Translations under genes and position numbers: made by a program
The notes under the pieces: generated by a model
Seen by the model: only the letters and a program-made list of their open reading frames with translations
What the model was told of the DNA's origin: nothing
Database searches by the model: none
Shown here: one piece after another, positions 42,629 through 51,042 of the stretch
Position numbering within the stretch: the first letter of the stretch is position 1
Layout: each line of letters begins with the position of its first letter
DNA from: Pyrinomonadaceae bacterium
GTDB lineage: Bacteria; Acidobacteriota; Blastocatellia; Pyrinomonadales; Pyrinomonadaceae
Length of the DNA: 64,000 nucleotides
NCBI GenBank assembly: GCA_046313635.1
Contig: JBKBYA010000013.1
Span: forward strand, 13,425 to 77,424
Direction: 5' to 3'

Positions 42629-42838
42629 ATGGAAGAACTCTTAATGGATTGCATTGGGAAGAGGATCGACGTTTCGTGCTCGTCACCGGTAGTTTATCGC
42701 GGAGTGGCTGCGGAGATACGTTCGGGGCTGCTCGTGCTTAAGGGCGACGACGGCAATCCGGTTTACATCGCGATCGATAAGATATCGGCGGTGTACGAAT
42801 GCAGCGACCATATATCACGTCCAGGCTTTATCGCGTGA
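42629..42838 (+). CDS. Small Sm-like/MM0924-like protein
   Basis: GGAGG upstream; IGKRIDV..YRG..GLLVL..YIAIDKI pattern. Confidence 0.65.
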   Translation: MEELLMDCIGKRIDVSCSSPVVYRGVAAEIRSGLLVLKGDDGNPVYIAIDKISAVYECSDHISRPGFIA

Positions 42839-42864
42839 GCGTCGTCCGAACACGGAATGCAGAA

Positions 42865-42894
42865 AGAGCCCGCGTCGTGCACGACGCGGGCTCT
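42865..42894. terminator. Perfect palindrome, bidirectional terminator
   Basis: AGAGCCCGCGTCGTGCACGACGCGGGCTCT between convergent genes. Confidence 0.75.
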
Positions 42895-42928
42895 CTATTT
42901 ATCGCTTTAGGCTCAGTATCCGGTACGG

Positions 42929-43684
42929 CTACTTTGCAAGAGATTCCTCGATCGCCAGCTCGTTCGGCACCGGCGACAGCCGGCGAAAGCCGACGATCCG
43001 GTTAGCCCAATATCCCTCAAATTTTGAGTACGTGATGCCCTTGCTTGACGAGGCGTGATAAAAACCGTCTTTGTCCGCGACGATGCCGACGTGTCCCAGA
43101 CGGTTGAAGAAAACGAGAGTACCCAACTTAAACCGCTCATCGCCCTCGACCGGGACAGAAGCCTGCCAAAGGCTGCGTGCGCTCGAGCGTTCAAAGTCGA
43201 TCCCGGCATCTCGGAAAACCGCCCAAACGAATCCCGAGCAGTCGTATCGATTCGGCCCGGTCGAGCCGTAGAGGTACGGAATGCCGAGCTTTGACGTGAT
43301 CGACTGCAGCATTCTCGAGCTGACGTCATTGCCGTAGGCGGTGGCACGGCCCGCGAGCATGGTCGATACGTTCAGCGGTGAAGCGGAACCTGTCTTTTGA
43401 ACGAGCGGCTTTTGGACGACGATCTCATTTGTCAGCGTCGGGCCCGCGGCCGAACGTTCGACATTTGTGGGCTGGGCTATGACCGGCTGGTTAACTGGGC
43501 GCGACGAAACGAGAGGCTGCGTACGTGCGGGTAGAGATGGTGTAACGGTCGGCTGATTGATCGGCCGGCTTGAGACCGGCCGTACGACTCGGTCGCGGGT
43601 TTGCGCCGTTGTGATCTCCACCGCGCCCGCGATCATAAAAACTGCACAGACCGCGAGACGAACGAACTTCTCAAATTTCATCAA
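42929..43684 (-). CDS. NlpC/P60 (C40) peptidase
   Basis: Signal peptide; LGIPYLYG, YDCSGFV, GHVGI, YHASSSKG. Confidence 0.92.
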   Translation of the reverse strand: MMKFEKFVRLAVCAVFMIAGAVEITTAQTRDRVVRPVSSRPINQPTVTPSLPARTQPLVSSRPVNQPVIAQPTNVERSAAGPTLTNEIVVQKPLVQKTGSASPLNVSTMLAGRATAYGNDVSSRMLQSITSKLGIPYLYGSTGPNRYDCSGFVWAVFRDAGIDFERSSARSLWQASVPVEGDERFKLGTLVFFNRLGHVGIVADKDGFYHASSSKGITYSKFEGYWANRIVGFRRLSPVPNELAIEESLAK

Positions 43685-43983
43685 GTAATAACTCCTTTTT
43701 AGTTTTGTCCGGCCGAAGTGAGGTTCGAGCTTATGAAGTATGCTCGTTCACAAAAAGAAAGCCGGTTCCCGCTTGTACTGTTTAATGACCCAGTTGTGTT
43801 TCTAGGGGTTGGTAGGCCAAACAAAGATTAGCAAAGCGCGGGCGACGCTGGCAAGTGAGATCTCCATTTTTTTGGAAATCATCAAAATTTTGGATGAAAT
43901 TTGCCCTTGCAGCTATCTCGATCGAGTGCCGCGGGGGCGTGAGCGATATTGAAAGAGCTGAAAAAAAGCGCTGCTTCGGCCAT

Positions 43984-44023
43984 AAAAAAAGGCCCCGGAT
44001 CGAAGCTCGACCCGAGGCCTTTT
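43984..44023 (-). terminator. Rho-independent terminator after IscA-like gene
   Basis: AAAAGGCC..GGCCTTTT stem with T-run on minus strand. Confidence 0.65.
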
Positions 44024-44044
44024 CAGTTGATTTGCCGTGACAGC

Positions 44045-44401
44045 TTAGGCCGAGAAAGAGGTTCCGCAGCCGCAGCCTCCTGTGGCGTTCGGATTCTCGA
44101 ACGTAAAGCCCGAGCCCATCATGTTTGACGTGTAGTCGATAGTCACGCCGTTCAGGTACTGCGCCGAGAACATATCGACAAAAAGCCTTATGCCCTGCTG
44201 ATCGAGAATAAAGTCGCCCTGCCGCGAATCTTCCTCGATGTTGAGACTGTACTGGAAGCCGGAGCATCCGCCCGGCACGACGCGAACCCGCAGGCCGGCC
44301 GTCTCCGGGAGATCCTCTTCACCGGCCATGAATTTCTTTATCTCGACCGCCGCGTTCTCGGTCACATTCAACTCAACTGTCGGGGCTGCAACTGCTGACA
44401 T
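44045..44401 (-). CDS. A-type Fe-S carrier (HesB/IscA/ErpA family)
   Basis: GGCSGFQY, NPNATGGCGCGTSF; AGGAG upstream of MSAV (44401). Confidence 0.93.
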   Translation of the reverse strand: MSAVAAPTVELNVTENAAVEIKKFMAGEEDLPETAGLRVRVVPGGCSGFQYSLNIEEDSRQGDFILDQQGIRLFVDMFSAQYLNGVTIDYTSNMMGSGFTFENPNATGGCGCGTSFSA

Positions 44402-44569
44402 CTTTTGTTTTCTCCTTTGCAAATGTGGGCCTCGGCCCTGACGGCCGAATCCTTACGATATTGTCAATATTACACGAGGCCGAGCTGAATTAACAAGCTT
44501 GCAGATCGGCCCTCCGGAGCCGGTCTTTGTACCGCGGAGGGCATATCTGCGTGTCGACGTGACGAGCGG

Positions 44570-44953
44570 TCAATTGGGATTTTCGGTCAGCTTTTCGCGC
44601 CGCGTGACCCAGAGATCCTGATCACCCGAACCTCCCGGGCGAATCGACATAAAATACAGCTCGGTCCCGTCAAACGAAAGCGATGGGCCGCCATCGAGGG
44701 CACTGCTGTTCACGAGCGGTCCCAGGTTAGTGGGCGTGGACCAGGCGCATTCCGGCAGGTCGCCGACACAAGCTTTCTTCGAGGTGCACAGGTCTTGAAG
44801 ACCGGTCGTGCCCGGCCGGTTTGAGTCAAAAAAGATCTCAAGCCCGTCTCGAATCCTGATCTTTGGCCTGATGTCATTAGCCGTCGAGTTTAGCGATACG
44901 ACGGGATAGGCGGGGCCGGCGGTCCCGTTCGATCGAATCGCGTTCGTCTCATC
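44570..44953 (-). pseudogene. 5'-truncated PD40/WD40-like beta-propeller gene fragment
   Basis: Manual translation: ..LNSTANDIRPKIRIRDGLEIFFDSNRPG..WSTPTNLGPLVNSSALDGGPSLSFDGTELYFMSIRPGGSGDQDLWVTRR; no start codon upstream of the homologous part. Confidence 0.75.
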
Positions 44954-45011
44954 GCGGAGCGGTGTGTCCGATTGTCTGTGCTTTTTTATCTACGGCACCG
45001 ACCAACCGTTG

Positions 45012-45434
45012 ATGGGCGGCGCGATCTGGGTGATGCCGACCTTTGGAGGCAGCCCGAGGAAGATCGTCGACACGGGGACCTTTCCGTCCTGATCGCCCGA
45101 CGGCTCCTCGCTGATCTTTACGAGAGGCCCTTGGTAGGGCCAAAGCATCTTTAAGGTCTCGGCAAATGGAGGCGAGCCCCAGGAGATAGCCGTAAACCTG
45201 AAAAAGGCCTCGCCGTTCATCGCCTATCCCAGTTATTCGCCCGACGGCGCCACTATCCTTTTCGAGGCGGCAAACAATATTTTTGTCGTACCCGCTGCGG
45301 GCGGCGATGCGACCCCGGTCGTCGAAGGAAAACATCCGGTCTGGAGTTCTGACGGAAACGCGATCTTTTACACGAATGTCGAGGCAGGCAAGAACTACAC
45401 GCTCTGGCAGCCGATATCTGGCTGCTGGCTTTGA
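45012..45434 (+). pseudogene. TolB-like beta-propeller fragment with internal stops
   Basis: IWVMPTFGGSPRKI..FPS*SPDG..GPW*..PSYSPDG..PVWSSDG; in-frame TGA at 45090 and TAG at 45135. Confidence 0.8.
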
Positions 45435-45594
45435 ATCAATAGTCTCCGGAGGCCGCGGGCCTCGAGCGTGAAGCCACTGCAATAGAGATCACGACCCTCG
45501 ACCTTGCGGCCGTGATGCAGCACGCGAGAGGCGATCTCCTTGTCGGGCGTTTCAAGTATCGACCCCCGTTTGCCGCCGGTCGCAAATAAATGTC

Positions 45595-46674
45595 TTACGC
45601 CCGGCGCATGACGACCAGCTCGGGCTTCATCGCTTCGATCGAGACCTGTCTTGCGACCTCCTCGGCGACCTTTCGGAATGCAGCGGCCTGGGGCGAATCG
45701 GGTGCCGAGACGACGACGGGCGAGCCTTTGTCGCCGCCTTCGCGGACCTCGATCCCGAGCGGCACCTCGCCGAGGAAGTTGAGGCCGTATTCGTCGGCCA
45801 GCTTTTGCCCGCCGCCTTTGCCAAAGATCTCGTACTTGTTGCCCGTGTCGGGCGCGATGAAGTACGACATATTCTCGATCACGCCGAGCACCGGCACATT
45901 CACCTGCTCAAACATCTTCACCGCACGCCGCACGTCCGAGAGCGAAACTTCCTGCGGCGTCGTCACAAGCACCGAGCCCTGCACGGGCACGAGCTGCGCG
46001 AGCGAGAGCTGTACGTCGCCGGTCCCGGGCGGCATATCGACGATCAAGTAATCGAGTTCACCCCAATTCACGTCCGTTAGGAATTGCCGCACCACGCCGT
46101 GCAGCATCGGGCCGCGGAGGATCATCGGCTTGTCGGGCGGCACGAGCACGGCCATCGAGATCATCTTCACGCCGTGCGCCTCGATCGGCACGAGCTGGCC
46201 GTTGAGCACGTCGGGCTGGCCGTAGCCGGTACCGAGCATAAGCGGAACGTTCGGGCCGTAAACGTCGGCGTCCATCAGGCCGACCTTTGCACCGTCGAGC
46301 GCAAGCGCGACCGCGAGGTTGACGGCGACGGTCGATTTGCCGACGCCGCCTTTGCCGCTCGAGACGGCGATGATGTTCTTGACGCCGGGAATGGCGACGT
46401 TGTTTGCGATGCCGCGTCCCTGCGGCACCTCGGCGTCCATCGTCACGTTCACGTTCGCGACGCCCGGCAGCACGCGGACGATCTCGCGGGCCATCCCTTC
46501 CATCTCGTCCTTGACCGGGCACGCCGGCGTCGTCAGCACGATGCGGAACGAGACGTCGCCGCCGTCGATCTTCAGGTCGCGGACGAAGCCGAGCGTGACG
46601 ATATCCTTTCGCAGGTCGGGGTCGATGATCTGCTTAAGCGAATCCAATACGATCTCTTCTGATATTTGGCTCAT
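45595..46674 (-). CDS. apbC: Mrp/NBP35 (ApbC) Fe-S carrier ATPase
   Basis: LTTPACP, SGKGGVGKST, DADVYGP, DMPPGTGD, VTTPQ; start at MSQI (46674). Confidence 0.93.
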   Translation of the reverse strand: MSQISEEIVLDSLKQIIDPDLRKDIVTLGFVRDLKIDGGDVSFRIVLTTPACPVKDEMEGMAREIVRVLPGVANVNVTMDAEVPQGRGIANNVAIPGVKNIIAVSSGKGGVGKSTVAVNLAVALALDGAKVGLMDADVYGPNVPLMLGTGYGQPDVLNGQLVPIEAHGVKMISMAVLVPPDKPMILRGPMLHGVVRQFLTDVNWGELDYLIVDMPPGTGDVQLSLAQLVPVQGSVLVTTPQEVSLSDVRRAVKMFEQVNVPVLGVIENMSYFIAPDTGNKYEIFGKGGGQKLADEYGLNFLGEVPLGIEVREGGDKGSPVVVSAPDSPQAAAFRKVAEEVARQVSIEAMKPELVVMRRA

Positions 46675-46794
46675 TACGGTTTGATAAACAGGCAAATTCG
46701 GAAAGTAGAATTCTACCAAACGGCGGTCGGATCATCGATCGCGGACGGGCGGCAAGTTGGCCTCGCAGGCCGCGGAATTCGATAATGGTCGTGA

Positions 46795-47409
46795 ATGAGC
46801 GCCTCACGATCCGAGCTTTTCCGAGAGTTTTACCTGCAGGCACAGGCGTGCCGCGTCTGCCCGGACCTTGCCGACAAGACCGCCGTTCTGAGCGAGCTTA
46901 ACGGCAATCTCGCGCCGCGCGTCTTCTTTATCGGCGAGGCCCCGGGCCGGCAGGGGGCCGACCGCACGCGGCGGCCCTTCTACGGCGACAAGTCGGGCGC
47001 GAACTTTCAGCAGCTGCTCGACTCGATCGGGCTGAAGCGCGAAGACATCTTTATCACGAGTGCCGTGATGTGCAGCCCGCGTTCGGCGACCGACGCCAAT
47101 CGCAGACCGACGCGCAGCGAGATCAAAAATTGCTCGACGCACCTTCGCCGCACGATCGAGCTCGTCGATCCGCCGCTGATCGCCACGCTCGGCAGCGTCG
47201 CGCTCGAGTCGCTCAAGCTGATCGAGCCGCACGACCTCACGCTCAAAATTCACGCAGGCACCGTCAACCGCTGGAACGGCCGCACGCTCGTTCCGCTCTA
47301 TCACCCGAGCCCGCAGGTCATCGCATCGCAGCGCGGCCTCGCGCTGCAGCTCAAACACTTCGCGACGCTCGCTAGCTTGATCGATCCCTTCGGAATAACT
47401 GAGAACTGA
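46795..47409 (+). CDS. Uracil-DNA glycosylase, family 4-like
   Basis: CRVC, FIGEAPG, C..NRRPT..C Fe-S ligands, LYHPS. Confidence 0.88.
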   Translation: MSASRSELFREFYLQAQACRVCPDLADKTAVLSELNGNLAPRVFFIGEAPGRQGADRTRRPFYGDKSGANFQQLLDSIGLKREDIFITSAVMCSPRSATDANRRPTRSEIKNCSTHLRRTIELVDPPLIATLGSVALESLKLIEPHDLTLKIHAGTVNRWNGRTLVPLYHPSPQVIASQRGLALQLKHFATLASLIDPFGITEN

Positions 47410-47460
47410 TAGCGAGAAGAAGTTGTCAGTTATCAGCTATCAGTTATCACTTATTCCGAA
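47389..47460. repeat. Inverted heptamer array (AACTGAK / AGTTATC)
   Basis: TTCGGAATAACTGAGAACTGATAGC ... AGTTGTC AGTTATC AGCTATC AGTTATC ACTTATTCCGAA; includes UDG stop. Confidence 0.8.
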
Positions 47461-47522
47461 AGTGTCCCGTTTTCATTTTCCCGACCCGGCAGAATAAACT
47501 GACAACAAGACAGCAGCGATAG

Positions 47523-48458
47523 ATGGAGCAGAATTTCACAGACGCTTACGACCGCATCCGCTCGGGCGGGTTGGGATTTATCCGGATGCCTCGCGGCATC
47601 GTTGCGGTGCACGGCAAAGAGGCCGTGCAGTTTCTCAACGGGCTGATCACCAACGACGTCGCAAAGCTCAACGACGGCGACCAGATGCTCGCGGCCTTTC
47701 CGAATGCGCAGGGGCGACTGATCGCGGTCGTTCGAGTGGCGCGGATCGGCGATAGATTTATTTTTGAGACCGAAGAAGCGACGCGCGAAAAGGTCTACAA
47801 CAACCTGTTTCGTTTTACATTCGCGGGAGACTTCTTTGTCGAGGACCTGCACGAGAGCTATAGGTTCTTTTCGATCGCCGGTGAAATGACCGATGGAGCT
47901 TCGCTGCCTGAAGGGTCGATCGTCCTTGATTCACGGCTCGGCCGAGATGTTCTCGTGCCTGCGACAGAAGCGGAGAATTTTGTCGAAGATCTGCGTCGCA
48001 TCGACGCGGTCGAGATCTCGCCCGAGCTTTACGAGACGCTGCGGATCGAGGCGGGCATTCCGCTTTACGGCGTCGATATGGACGAAACGACGATCGTGCC
48101 CGAGCTCGATCTTGACGGGATGATCTCTTATAACAAAGGCTGCTACATCGGTCAGGAGATCATCGCGCGGATACACTTTCGCGGCCACGTGGCAAAGCAG
48201 TTGACCGGGATAGTTTTCGCATCGGCGCCCGGCCAACAGGCAGAAACACGACCGGTAGGGAGCGTGTCCCCAGAGGCGACCGAACTTGAAACAGCCGACG
48301 GAAAAAACGCCGGCCGGATCACATCGGTCACCTTTTCACCAAAGCTCGGCAAAACCGTCGCTCTGGCCTACGTCCGCTACGACCATCTGGCCGAAGGCAC
48401 TGAGTTGTACGCTAACGATCTGCCCGCAATCGTAAAGCCGCTGCCTTTCGTCAGCTAG
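47523..48458 (+). CDS. Folate-binding YgfZ/GcvT family protein
   Basis: FLNGLITND, LRIEAGIP, KGCYIGQEIIAR signature. Confidence 0.9.
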   Translation: MEQNFTDAYDRIRSGGLGFIRMPRGIVAVHGKEAVQFLNGLITNDVAKLNDGDQMLAAFPNAQGRLIAVVRVARIGDRFIFETEEATREKVYNNLFRFTFAGDFFVEDLHESYRFFSIAGEMTDGASLPEGSIVLDSRLGRDVLVPATEAENFVEDLRRIDAVEISPELYETLRIEAGIPLYGVDMDETTIVPELDLDGMISYNKGCYIGQEIIARIHFRGHVAKQLTGIVFASAPGQQAETRPVGSVSPEATELETADGKNAGRITSVTFSPKLGKTVALAYVRYDHLAEGTELYANDLPAIVKPLPFVS

Positions 48459-48459
48459 A

Positions 48460-48735
48460 ATGAATGTCAATCAAATCATTATGACCGACCGCGACATCGA
48501 CCTGCCCAACGCCAAGCTCGCATACACGATCATCCAGTCTCTGCTCGAGGGCCACGAGGCGCTCAGCGACCTGCTCGTCGTGATGTCGCACGCGCTCGAC
48601 GAAGAGATGCTCAAAGCGCTGACCGGCACCGGCGAATGGCAGCGATATCTCGACTCAAAACGCGAGCTCGAACGCACGCACGCACAGATCGAAAAACTCA
48701 CAGACGAACTGCGTCGATTAGATGCGGCGTCGTAA
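48460..48735 (+). CDS. Hypothetical helical protein
   Basis: Fits operon spacing and codon style; start may be 48481. Confidence 0.7.
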   Translation: MNVNQIIMTDRDIDLPNAKLAYTIIQSLLEGHEALSDLLVVMSHALDEEMLKALTGTGEWQRYLDSKRELERTHAQIEKLTDELRRLDAAS

Positions 48736-48742
48736 CTGGAGC

Positions 48743-48784
48743 GTAATTATTGATTGAACAATTAGTAATTAGTAATTAACTATC
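48743..48784. repeat. Short heptamer array (AATTAGT)
   Basis: AATTATT ... AATTAGT AATTAGT AATTAAC just before next ATG. Confidence 0.55.
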
Positions 48785-48787
48785 GAA

Positions 48788-49813
48788 ATGCTCGACCTCA
48801 TCATCATCGGCGCCGGCCCCGCGGGTATCTCGGCGGCTTTCGAAGCAAAGAAGCACGGACTCGAATACGTCGTTATCGAAAAGGGACTGATCGGCAATAC
48901 GATCTACAACTATCCGGTCGGATTGACGGTCTTTTCGACGACGAACGAGCTCGAGTTTGCCGAGGGCGGCCTCAAGCCCGCGCGCGAAAAGCCGACGCGC
49001 GAAGAGCTGCTTTCGTATTACGTGCGCTTTGTACTCGACAATGAGTTGAATGTGCGGACCGAGGAGCGGGTCGTTCGGGTTGCAAGGATGTCAGAAGCGG
49101 AATTTCCCGCGGAGACGCAGAGACGCAAAGAACGATTCCGAGTTATTACCGACAAGGGCGAGTACACGGCGGCAAACGTTCTCTTCGCGATCGGCGCGAT
49201 GGACCATCCGCGGCGACTGAACGTCCCGGGCGAAGATCTGCCGAAGGTGCACCATCAGTTTCGTGAGACCTACCCTTGGGTGCGAAAAAAGGCTTTGGTC
49301 GTCGGCGGCGGAAATTCAGCGGGCGAGGCCGCGCTGTTTCTCGCCGCGGAAGGCGCCGATGCGACGCTCGCCATCTTTCGTTCGGACTGGGAAAACACCG
49401 ACCCCAAGCAGGGCTGCATCAAATACTGGGTCAAAGGCCCGCTCGAGAACGAGGTCAAAAAGCACTGCCTCAAACTCTTTTTTCTCGGCCGAGTCCTGGA
49501 GATACGCGAGCGCGAGGTCGAGCTCGAAAACGAGAGCGGCGAGCGCTGCACCGTCGAGAACGACGTTGTCTTTGTGCTGATCGGCTCTGACGCCGACCTG
49601 ACGATGTTGAGAGATTTGGGCGTCGCGACCGAGCAGGGAAAGAACGGCGAAGTTCCGGTCTACGATGCCGAGACCTTTGAGACGAACGTGCCCGGAATCT
49701 ATGTCGCGGGCCACTTCACAAATCAGCGGCATATCAAAGGCGCGATCGACGCCGGCAAGGCCATCGTCCCGCGGCTCGCGGCAAAGCTGAAGGGAATTGC
49801 CGCCGGCGAATGA
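48788..49813 (+). CDS. FAD/NAD(P)-dependent oxidoreductase (YpdA/thioredoxin-reductase-like)
   Basis: IIGAGPAG, KPTREELLSYY, VPGEDLPKV, VVGGGNSA, ETNVPGIYVAG. Confidence 0.85.
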   Translation: MLDLIIIGAGPAGISAAFEAKKHGLEYVVIEKGLIGNTIYNYPVGLTVFSTTNELEFAEGGLKPAREKPTREELLSYYVRFVLDNELNVRTEERVVRVARMSEAEFPAETQRRKERFRVITDKGEYTAANVLFAIGAMDHPRRLNVPGEDLPKVHHQFRETYPWVRKKALVVGGGNSAGEAALFLAAEGADATLAIFRSDWENTDPKQGCIKYWVKGPLENEVKKHCLKLFFLGRVLEIREREVELENESGERCTVENDVVFVLIGSDADLTMLRDLGVATEQGKNGEVPVYDAETFETNVPGIYVAGHFTNQRHIKGAIDAGKAIVPRLAAKLKGIAAGE

Positions 49814-49833
49814 CCGGTGCATCTGTTTTATCT

Positions 49834-49861
49834 TTGACATCGAGCGCCGCTCAACTAAAAT
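49834..49861 (+). promoter_or_regulatory. Sigma70-type promoter of LexA-like gene
   Basis: TTGACA-16 bp-TAAAAT, 9 nt before ATG. Confidence 0.7.
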
Positions 49862-49870
49862 GACTCCCGA

Positions 49871-50491
49871 ATGCACGCCCGAACTCGCCGACAGAAAGAG
49901 ATACTCGACTTCATCACACGCTACATCAGCAAGCACGGTCACCGTCCGTCTTACCAGGTGATCGGCCGCGAAACGGGCATCAACGCAAAGTCCGGCGTGC
50001 ACAAACACATCAAGGCGCTTGAGGAGCAGGGGCTGCTCGAGCGGCGGCGCGTGAATGGAACGTTTGACCTCGAGATCAAAACGGCGGCTGCCGGATCTGA
50101 CAGCTTTTTTGAGATCCCGTGGCTCGATGTGCCGCTCAACGGCACGCGGCTCGAGGAATGGGAGCAGTTTCCGCTGATCGTGCCTTCGTTCATGTTTGCC
50201 GGCCGCGAGGCCGAGCGTTACTACGCCTACCGCGTCCGCGACAACGGCCTGTGCGAAAAGAACATTCTCGAGGACGACGTGATACTCGTCGAACGGCGTT
50301 CGCTCGTGCGCGACGGCGAATGCGCCGTTGCGGTCGTCGATCGCGAGACGACCGTCTTTCGCCGATACTATCGGCGCGGCTCGCGCGTCGAGCTGCAGGC
50401 GTCGAATGACGACTTTGAGCCGATCGTCCGTTCGGCCGAGAAGGTCGACGTCAAGGGCATCTACCGCGCTCTGCTGCGGCCGGCGGGATAG
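49871..50491 (+). CDS. LexA-like protein (HTH plus S24-like domain), catalytic residues apparently missing
   Basis: TRRQKEILDFI..PSYQVIG..VHKHIKALEEQGLL; C-terminal VRDGECAVAVV..VELQASN. Confidence 0.85.
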   Translation: MHARTRRQKEILDFITRYISKHGHRPSYQVIGRETGINAKSGVHKHIKALEEQGLLERRRVNGTFDLEIKTAAAGSDSFFEIPWLDVPLNGTRLEEWEQFPLIVPSFMFAGREAERYYAYRVRDNGLCEKNILEDDVILVERRSLVRDGECAVAVVDRETTVFRRYYRRGSRVELQASNDDFEPIVRSAEKVDVKGIYRALLRPAG

Positions 50492-50588
50492 TCTCTCGCC
50501 GTTCGTTTTGTCGACGGCCGCCGCTCTTGCCGCAGCCGCACGGGCCTTTCATCATCGTTATCCGTCTCGCTTAGCGGAGGTTCAATTC

Positions 50589-50981
50589 ATGAGGATCGCG
50601 CTGCTGATCGTTCGCACGCTCACCGGGCTGCTGTTTATGTTCGCGTCATCGGTCTACTTTCTCGGCCTCATTACGCCGCCGCCGATGGAGGGGCCGATCA
50701 AGACGTTCAATGAGGGGCTCGCGGCCGCCGGATACTTTCTGCCGCTGCTAAAGACGACCGAGCTCGTGGGCTCGATATTGCTCGTGTCGGGCCGGTTTGT
50801 CCCGCTGGCGCTCGTGGTGCTCGCGCCGGTCGTCGTCAACATTTTTATGGTGCACTTGGTTCTCGACCGGAGCGGGCTGCCCGTGGCGGTGTTTCTTGTC
50901 ATCTCGTTTGCCTTCCTTGCGTACGGCTATCGCTCCGCCTTTCGCCCGCTGCTGACATCCCGATACGATGCGATGAATTAG
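50589..50981 (+). CDS. DoxX family membrane protein
   Basis: GGAGG RBS; RTLTGLLF, LLKTTELVG, PLALVVLAPVVVNI..H; start at MRIA (50589). Confidence 0.82.
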   Translation: MRIALLIVRTLTGLLFMFASSVYFLGLITPPPMEGPIKTFNEGLAAAGYFLPLLKTTELVGSILLVSGRFVPLALVVLAPVVVNIFMVHLVLDRSGLPVAVFLVISFAFLAYGYRSAFRPLLTSRYDAMN

Positions 50982-51042
50982 GTCCGATCGCCGGCCATGC
51001 GAGTCGGTTGCGGGTCCAATCTATTTTCGCGATACTTTTTAT

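Noticed and set aside
43690..43860. c-di-AMP (ydaO) riboswitch upstream of the NlpC/P60 gene
   Set aside because: Only a GGGAACC fragment is visible; the other conserved blocks were not found. An Rfam scan would settle it.
44949..45482. 177-aa minus-strand ORF in the track
   Set aside because: It is the antisense shadow of the plus-strand TolB-like pseudogene and has no recognisable motifs.
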